Shown: piece by piece, positions 57,085 through 64,000 of the stretch
Layout of the letters: every line of letters begins with the position of its first letter
Position numbering within the stretch: the first letter of the stretch is position 1
NCBI GenBank assembly: GCA_965240325.2
Contig: OZ251223.1
Span: 310,001 to 374,000, forward strand
Origin: Rebecca billardiae RCC1528
Lineage: Eukaryota > Protista > Haptophyta
Reading direction: 5' to 3'
Length of the DNA stretch: 64,000 bases
Made by a program: the position numbers and the translations under genes
The notes under the pieces: generated by a model
The model's input: only the letters and a program-made list of their open reading frames with translations
The model's database searches: none
What the model was told of the DNA's origin: nothing

Positions 57085-59673
57085 TCACTGATGATCGAGC
57101 CAAACTGAAACTGCTGCAGTCGTTACATCAGAGGAGCGTAGCAGTCGATTGTACGGGACGAACGTGGGCGGCAGGCCAGCGACCCTGCTTCTGGCCGTAG
57201 CATCATTGGTGCGCCGCCGCCGCAGCTGCTCCGCCTCGTACTGCGTGAGGATCATCGCGGCGAAGTGCGACTTGGGGGACGTCATGATGATGGCGTCCGC
57301 AGAGGCACACGTCGCCGCGTCACTGACGGCACAGCTCACGCTCACACGCTCGTCGCTTGGCGGGAGGCCGAGCGCTTCCCGAATGTCTGCGGCCGGCCGG
57401 TTGCACATGGGCGTGACTCGCTGCGCGCGCGGCAGCAGGTCTTTCTCCAGGTGCTCTGCCCACTGCAGTCGCCACGGCCGCCACGCCGCCCGCTGCGCTT
57501 TCAGAGTGGGCGGCGTGCTCGTCGGGTCATGGTGCCACGTCTGCGAGCCGTGCGTCGGGTCCAGGTCGGAGATGAGGAGCAGCCGCCGCTCCACAATCTC
57601 CGGGTTTGCCGACTCGAGCGCCAAGTACACGCGCGAGATGAAGTCGCTCACGTTCGCCATCAGTGCCGACATGCCCTCGCGCTGCGCGTCGCCCGGTATG
57701 CCGACGCCGAAGAAGGGCGAGGAGCGGTACATCTTCTCGGCGCGCACGTGCACGCAGGCGCTCAGCGAGAGCTGCGCTGCGCCGCCGCGCGCCCCCGGCG
57801 CGCGCTGCGTGGCACCCGAGCCAGCTGCTGCCAGCGGCATGCGCAGGTGTGGCGCGATCGGCAGCTTGGGCCGCCCCAAGAAGGCGCGGACGGTCCCGCG
57901 TGCGCCGGCGCACGGCGGCTCGCCCCTCGCGGCGGCCAGCACCGCGGCCGTGGCGGAGCACACCGCACTCCCGTTGCCGCCCCCGAAGGAGCGCCAGTCC
58001 ATGTCCACCAGCACACCCTGCGGTCTGGGCCAGCCCCTCGGGCACTTGGCGAGCGGCGCAATGCGCCACTCGCCCAGGGCTGTGCACGAGCGGTCGCGGC
58101 CGTCGCGGCCGAGGCCGTCGTCGCCGTCGCGCAGCACGATGCACGCGAGGGCACGGGGCCTGCAGATCGGCTCGCCCCGCACGCCCCTGTGCCGCTGGAG
58201 CGCCGCGCGTGTGAGCGGTGTCAGCTCCGAGCACTTGCACGGCTTGGTCGAATTGGCAGTGACAAGCACGATGGTGCGCAGCCGCGTCACGTTGAGCGGA
58301 CGGCGCGAGAGGCTCACTGCCCCGCCCCACCGGCGCACGGAGCCCTCGACGTCGATGTGCCACGCCAAGCTGGCGCTCTGCGGCGCGCGCCTCGCCCGCG
58401 CCGCGCTCACCATCGGAAGCTCGAGCACGCCGCCCCAGAACGCACGGCCCACGGTGACCTCAGGAAGCACCAGCGTCGTCGCGACTCCGGACGTGGCCGC
58501 GACGTCCAGCACTGGCATGACTCCGTTGCTCAGCGCGGCGGCGTACTGCTCCGCGATCGACGCGAAGCCAAGCACGAGCGGCGTGGCGTGCGCCTGCCCG
58601 CCCGCGCATGCCGCGGCGGAGGGCGCGTGCACGGCGGACGCGTCCTCGTCTGCTCGCAGCTGCTGGCCGGCTGCCGCTGCGCTCGGCGAGGCAGAGCTGT
58701 CAGCATGCGCGAGGCCAAAGGCACACATGGCGCCGTTGTGCCCGAGGGGCGCGCTGTCCGTCCAGTGCTCGCAGGATCGGGCGTGGCCGGGCTCCGCGAA
58801 GCCGCCGCGATCGGCATCCGCCCAGCTCGTGCCGTCACCGCCCCGCCTCTCCCGCCGCCGCGCGGCGCCGCCGCCGCGCTGAGCCTGCTTCATCAGCGGA
58901 TAGACCCAGCCTCGCGCGAGCGGCAGCGGCAGCGAGCTGTTCAGCACAGCTGTGACGCTGCGCACGGTCCTGAGCGGCGCGGCGGGCACGGGCGGCCGAG
59001 CCAGCCGCTCGATCAGCCCGAGCAGCCAACCACCGTCCACGTACGTGATGAGGCGGCCGGCGAGCGCCGGGTGACGCCACAGCCGCGTGCGCGTGCGCGC
59101 GAGGGACGAGTCTGAGCCGAGGGCGGAGACAGTCCGCCTCGCGCGAGCGGCTGACCACGGGGCGCCCCCCTGCTCCCGACAGCTCTGCCGCTGCATGGTG
59201 TCGTGCACCTCCACGACGGTGCCCACGCTGAATGGCTGCCTGGCGACGAGCTTCAGCAGGTCCTCCGTGCGCATCATCGCCACGCGCAGCGCCTCTGCGC
59301 CATCCTCGTCACGCGGAGCGTGCTGCGGCCAGGGCGGGGACGCGCCAGGGAGGTGTGACGTCTGCTGCGCGTCGCACTCGACGCGCCTGGCGCGCGAGCG
59401 GGTGACGAACGAAGCGACCATCGCTTCGCCCACGCGCTCCGCTTCGCTCCGTGCCGCTCGATCCCGGCGGTGCGGGTCGGCACTGATCGCGACCACAACG
59501 TCCAGCCAGTCGACGCCGCACGGGGGCGCCGATGAGTTGATGATTGTGGCGGTATTCGTAGCCGCGGCGGGGCTAGAGCCGTTGCCCGGAGGCAGCAGGG
59601 GATCCCTCCTGCCACTCGCCAGAAGCAGCAGCCACTTGAGCTGCGCGGCCGCTGACGCCATGCTCAAGGGCAT
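57085..59673 (-). CDS. O-fucosyltransferase-like (GT-B, POFUT/GT23-like) protein
   Basis: CVHVRAE, LLLISD and SDAATCASADAIIMTSPKSHFA motifs; hydrophobic N-terminus. Confidence 0.55.
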   Translation of the reverse strand: MPLSMASAAAQLKWLLLLASGRRDPLLPPGNGSSPAAATNTATIINSSAPPCGVDWLDVVVAISADPHRRDRAARSEAERVGEAMVASFVTRSRARRVECDAQQTSHLPGASPPWPQHAPRDEDGAEALRVAMMRTEDLLKLVARQPFSVGTVVEVHDTMQRQSCREQGGAPWSAARARRTVSALGSDSSLARTRTRLWRHPALAGRLITYVDGGWLLGLIERLARPPVPAAPLRTVRSVTAVLNSSLPLPLARGWVYPLMKQAQRGGGAARRRERRGGDGTSWADADRGGFAEPGHARSCEHWTDSAPLGHNGAMCAFGLAHADSSASPSAAAAGQQLRADEDASAVHAPSAAACAGGQAHATPLVLGFASIAEQYAAALSNGVMPVLDVAATSGVATTLVLPEVTVGRAFWGGVLELPMVSAARARRAPQSASLAWHIDVEGSVRRWGGAVSLSRRPLNVTRLRTIVLVTANSTKPCKCSELTPLTRAALQRHRGVRGEPICRPRALACIVLRDGDDGLGRDGRDRSCTALGEWRIAPLAKCPRGWPRPQGVLVDMDWRSFGGGNGSAVCSATAAVLAAARGEPPCAGARGTVRAFLGRPKLPIAPHLRMPLAAAGSGATQRAPGARGGAAQLSLSACVHVRAEKMYRSSPFFGVGIPGDAQREGMSALMANVSDFISRVYLALESANPEIVERRLLLISDLDPTHGSQTWHHDPTSTPPTLKAQRAAWRPWRLQWAEHLEKDLLPRAQRVTPMCNRPAADIREALGLPPSDERVSVSCAVSDAATCASADAIIMTSPKSHFAAMILTQYEAEQLRRRRTNDATARSRVAGLPPTFVPYNRLLRSSDVTTAAVSVWLDHQ

Positions 59674-59889
59674 CGCGTTGCTCGAAGCAATTTTCAACCG
59701 CGTAGCGGAGGAGAAGTCCGGGACAAGGGCGGAGGACTGCCACTGGACAGGTGCATGGGCGTGCCGCTGATTTGCTGGAGCAGGACACCCTGGCTGGAGT
59801 GGAAGATTCGTCGGGGCCAGGGCACCTGTTCGCCTCGCCGTGGAGTCGAGAACCCTTCGTCGGGCTCCCCCACGCAGGCCCACCGCACG

Positions 59890-60480
59890 ATGCAGGAAAG
59901 CTCCGCGGTGGGGTTGCTTCGGCGCAAATATGCGCGAGGTGACCCGCTCGCCGCGTTCCTGCTAGCCAAGCGCTTCATGAGCGGAGACGGTGTCGCCCGC
60001 GACGAGCGCGAGGGTGCTCGCCTGATGCAGATCGCAGCCGAGCGTGGGCTGAAGGACGCCCAGACCGAGCTGGGCGAGCTGTACTGGGTCGGCGCCGGGA
60101 TACTTGGCAAGGATGACACCAAGGCGGTGCGCTGGTACCGGCTGGCGGCCGAGCAGGGCGAATCAAAGGCGCAGTTCCGCCTGGGCCTGTGCTGCGCACT
60201 CGGCAATGGCATGCCGGAGCGTTTTGACGAGGCGGCGCGCTGGTACCGGCTGGCGGCTGAGCAGGGCCACGCAGAGGCGCAGCACCATCTGGGCGTGTCC
60301 TGCGAGGGGGGCACTGGGGTGCCGCAGGATTGGGCAGAGGCGATGCGCTGGTACCGGCTGGCCGCCGAGCAGGGCGACGCAGGTGGGCAGTACCATCTAG
60401 ATGAAGTGCTATCTGGTACCCAAACGGGGTGCAATCCAGTTCCAGGGCGTTTTCGCGCCCAACGAGGTGCGAACTGGTAG
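59890..60480 (+). CDS. Sel1-like repeat protein (about 4 SLRs), 3' end possibly truncated
   Basis: AQTELGELYWVGAG..D..KAVRWYRLAAEQG-type repeats. Confidence 0.75.
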   Translation: MQESSAVGLLRRKYARGDPLAAFLLAKRFMSGDGVARDEREGARLMQIAAERGLKDAQTELGELYWVGAGILGKDDTKAVRWYRLAAEQGESKAQFRLGLCCALGNGMPERFDEAARWYRLAAEQGHAEAQHHLGVSCEGGTGVPQDWAEAMRWYRLAAEQGDAGGQYHLDEVLSGTQTGCNPVPGRFRAQRGANW

Positions 60481-60699
60481 CCTGCTCAACAACGAACCAC
60501 AATTGACCAGACAAGGTGTCAGAAGGTCACCCAAGCAGAGGAATCCAACGAATGTCCTGCAATACTGTCATTCACAGCTCCCACGCCGAAGCGTTGCCCA
60601 GCCGAAGACTAGTTTGAGGGCCCCAAGGAGGAGCGCAACCCAAGCTTCACGCGCCAAGATGCCCCAGGCAGTTGAGCTACCCACACCGACTCACTTTGT

Positions 60700-63203
60700 A
60701 GCTACCCAGCCACGACAACGGACAACCCACACTCCACAGCGTGTCGCGGGCGGGACCGGTTGGCGCGAGCGCGAGCGGATGTAGGGCATGGAGGGTGCAG
60801 CCCCGGGCGAGGGGGCTGCCCTTCACGACTCGACGAACGCCAACGGCATGCTCGGCGCTGGAGCGGATTGCCCCCCTCATCCCCTTCCTGATCGTACTGC
60901 CGCGGCCGGTGGACACGATGCCAAGGAGGACGACGACGTCGAGGACGAGGAGGATGAGCCCCTTGTCAACCTGGAGGAGTCGAGCGACGACGAGTTTGGG
61001 GAGGAGGAGGGGGAGGGAGGGGCCGACGAGGGGACTGGCGATGGTGGGCCGCCGCCGCCGCCGCGCGCCGGCAGCGGTGAGTCTCCTCGGGCGAAGGCGA
61101 CGAGGAGGGCGGCGGCGCTGGGGGTGCACGCGAGCTCGCCCGCGCGTTGTGTGCGCAGCCACGCTGCGCGCAGAGCAGCCACAGCGCCGCGCCCGCCCAC
61201 TGCGCGAGGAGCCGCTGCGCCGCGCGCGGTGGCGGCGGCGGCGCCTCCGCGCCGCGCGCCGCCGCCGCCCGCCTCGGCTGCGGCCGCGGCGCGCGCACTG
61301 CTTGCGGCTTGCGGCTTGCGGCGGCGCGGGCAGCTGCGGTGCGGCGAGCGCGCACAGCGCGCCCTCGAGCGAGCCCCATAGCCGCGCGAGCGCACCCGCG
61401 CGGCCGAGAGCACCCGCGTACGTTGGGTCGCGCGCCAGCGCCCACACGGCCACGGCCGCGTGCGCCGCCGTCCGCCACGAGGGCGCGGTGCAGAGGTGCG
61501 CCTATTTTGGAGGCGCGCGCCGTCGAGGCGCGCACGGGGCGGGCAGGAGGGCGGGTGGGGGCAGGGGGAGCGGCGGCGGCGGCGGCGGCGCGTTACGCGA
61601 GCCGCGGCGCACGCCCGCGCTGATCTTGAATCTCGACGGTGGCGGTAGGGCGGCCGCGGCGGCCGCGTGCGCGCGGCGCTCGCACGCGGCCGCGGCGCGG
61701 CGCGCGCGTCTACCGACTGCAGCGCGGCCTCTGCGACGGCGGCACGGTGCTGCGGGGGCGGCGGCGGCGCGACGGCGTCGGCGGTGGCGCGCTCGCGCAG
61801 CCTCTGAAGCGCGCACGCGCAGTGCCACTGCGTGTGCAGCAGCGCGCCGCTCAGCTGCCGCCGCTCCGCGCCGCCGCCGCGGTGCGCGCGGCGCGCGCCC
61901 GCCTCGGTCGGACGCGCCCGCGCCCGCCGCGCCGTCGCCGGCTGCTGCGTCGTCGGCGATGGCGGCGGGTCGAGTGCGGAGAGGAGGTGGACGAGCCAGT
62001 GCAGCCCGGACTGCGTGACGTCCGCGTCCGCCACCGCCACCGCCACCGCCTCCGCCACAGCCTTCGCCCGCCCCGCCCCCCAGCGCCGGTCTCACCACCC
62101 AGGCGGCGCCCCGGGGCCGGCGCGCGCTGCGCCGCCCGCGCGTGCCGCCTCGAGCGACCAGCCGCCGCCGTCGCCGCCGTCGTCGGCGGCGATCGCGGCG
62201 GTGAGCGGCGAGGGCGGCAGCCCGTCGGGCGGCGGCGGCGGCGCGCCACCGCCCTCCGCGCCGCCCTTCGACGCCGAAATCTCACGCCGCTGCCTCCGAC
62301 CCGCCCCGCCGCGCCGCGCGGGCGAGCGCTCGCGGATGACAAACCCTGGCTGGGCGGCGGCGTGGGCGGCGAGGCGACGCTCCCTCCGCCGCCGACGGAG
62401 GAGGTGACGGAGGGCGTGCGCGCGAGGTCGGCGGCAGTGTGCGCGGCGGCGCTGGGCGAGTGCGCCAGCCAGCCGCTCGGGCATCACGTGCCCCGCCGCC
62501 GCCCAGGCTCCCGCGCTCGATCGGCCGCGCGCCACGCCGCCGCGCGGTGCGAGCGCAGACAGAGGCCTGTTGACCGGTAGGTCAGATTAGCGATGCAGCC
62601 TGCGGAGAGGGTGGCGCACGCGTCGGACTCGGCAGCGTCGAGCGCGCAGTGCGCGATCACCTCGAGCAGCAGCTGCGCCACCTCGTACGCGCGCAGCGTC
62701 GGCGCGTCCGGCCGCATCACCTGGCACTGCCCACATGGCCCACAGCGAGCACAGCAGCACACTGCCAGCGTAGATACGCCGTTGGCGCGCGGCGCGGCGG
62801 CGGCGGCCGAACCGGCGGCGGCGGCGCGCGGGCGGCCGCCGCCAGCGAAGGTGAGGACGGACATGCCGTCCGGCGCGCCTCCCTCGTCCGCGCCGCCACC
62901 ACCGCCCTCGCTCCTTTCAGCCGCCGCCCCCGCCGCCTCCGCCTCCGCCTCCGCCGCGCATGCCGCCGCGCCTGCGCGCGCCGCTCGCGCGTGCGCAGCA
63001 ATGCCAATGGACGCCACAATGCCCTGCACCAGCGGCTCGAGCTCGAGCTGGCGGAGCGCGTCGAGGCCCTGGTTGGTGACGAAGGGCGAGGCGGCCGAAC
63101 CGCCGAGCGCCGCGCTCACCTGCGGTGACGCGCTACGCAACACCGCGGCCGCCCGGCCGCGCGAAAAAAATCGGATTGCGCCATCCGGGCCAAGCGGAAG
63201 CAT
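60700..63203 (-). pseudogene. Fragmented Ala-rich, armadillo-like coding region spread over several frames (unresolved introns or frameshifts)
   Basis: Protein-like helical pieces in different frames: EVAQLLLEVIAHC..SAGCIANLTY, GLHWLVHLLS, QWHCACALQRL and AVWALARDPTYAGALGRAGAL. Confidence 0.35.
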
Positions 63204-64000
63204 TGTCAGCAAGGGCCGCCCGCCCGGGTCAGGTCTCGCCGATCCAGCGGAGTCCGGCGCCGGAGCTTTTCCATGGCAGATTTTTGGAGCGGAGCGGCCG
63301 CGCGGGGCCGCTCGGGGCGTGCACGGCGTGGGCTCGTGCGGCCGCTGCTGCGCACGCCGAGCGATCTGGCGCGGTCTCGCGGCTTGTTGATGGCCTCGCG
63401 CGCCGCAGCGCCCCGCGCGCCTTGCCTAGCTTCACCTGTCTCGCGCCTCGGCCGCCATGCACGCATGCGCCGCCAAACCGCAAGCTCGGCGTGCCTCTCA
63501 GCCGAGCGTGCACGTGCCTTGCGCGACGCGACGCGGGCATTGCCGCCGGGCGATGTAGGCGTAGTGTGAACGCGCGCCGTGAAGCCTCGGCGCGGATCGA
63601 GAGTGTCTTCAACGTCTCGGTCAGCTGTCGACAACTGCTGACGGCACCAACCACCAATGGACATCACTGGCCTCCTTTGAACGAAGGGCTATCGCGACGT
63701 TGCAACTCGTGAAGACTAGTCGAGCGTTGTAGCCATGAAGACATACGCCATTATGACGCGCGTGCAGGCCTTGCGTGACGATGCGGCGTGACAATCGCCC
63801 CGGCAAGAGAGTCAGTCGTCAAGCTTTCAGCACTGCTCAACGCACAGACTGTCCACGCGCGCACGCGGCATCATTTCATTGCTCTCGATCCGTGCAGAGG
63901 CTTCACGGCGCACGCTCACACTACGCGTACATCGCCCGGCGGCAATGCCCGCGTCGCGTCGCGCAAGGCACGTGCGCGCTCGGCTGAGAGGTATGCCGAG

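Overview
A very GC-rich eukaryotic window. The short introns start GTGCGC and the genes are packed head-to-head, which suggests a haptophyte of the Pavlovales type (inference). About 13 protein-coding genes can be supported: a 3.8-kaa BEACH/WD40 protein, a spliced class B DnaJ, an N-acylated unknown protein, a GT47 exostosin, a spliced polycystin-1/REJ-like GPS receptor, a JmjC oxygenase, an EsV-1-7 repeat protein, centrin, an NT-C2 coiled-coil protein, an INSIG-like membrane protein, a carboxylesterase, a two-domain GT31 glycosyltransferase and an O-fucosyltransferase-like protein. A Sel1-repeat ORF and a disrupted ARM-like locus are weaker calls. Between the genes lies a dense set of nested non-autonomous DNA elements. 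The most striking is a family with no TIRs, bounded by direct TATGG, with four copies; one copy has inserted into the internal TATGG of another copy, as expected for a Crypton-like tyrosine-recombinase element. Other elements are a composite unit of two identical 778-bp TIR elements flanking cargo, a foldback MITE nested in an inverted-repeat element that abuts a start codon, a P-type MITE, and a head-to-tail dimer of a hairpin-ended element in a (TA)n tract. No transposase or recombinase gene was recognised. Family assignments come from motif recognition only; no searches were run.
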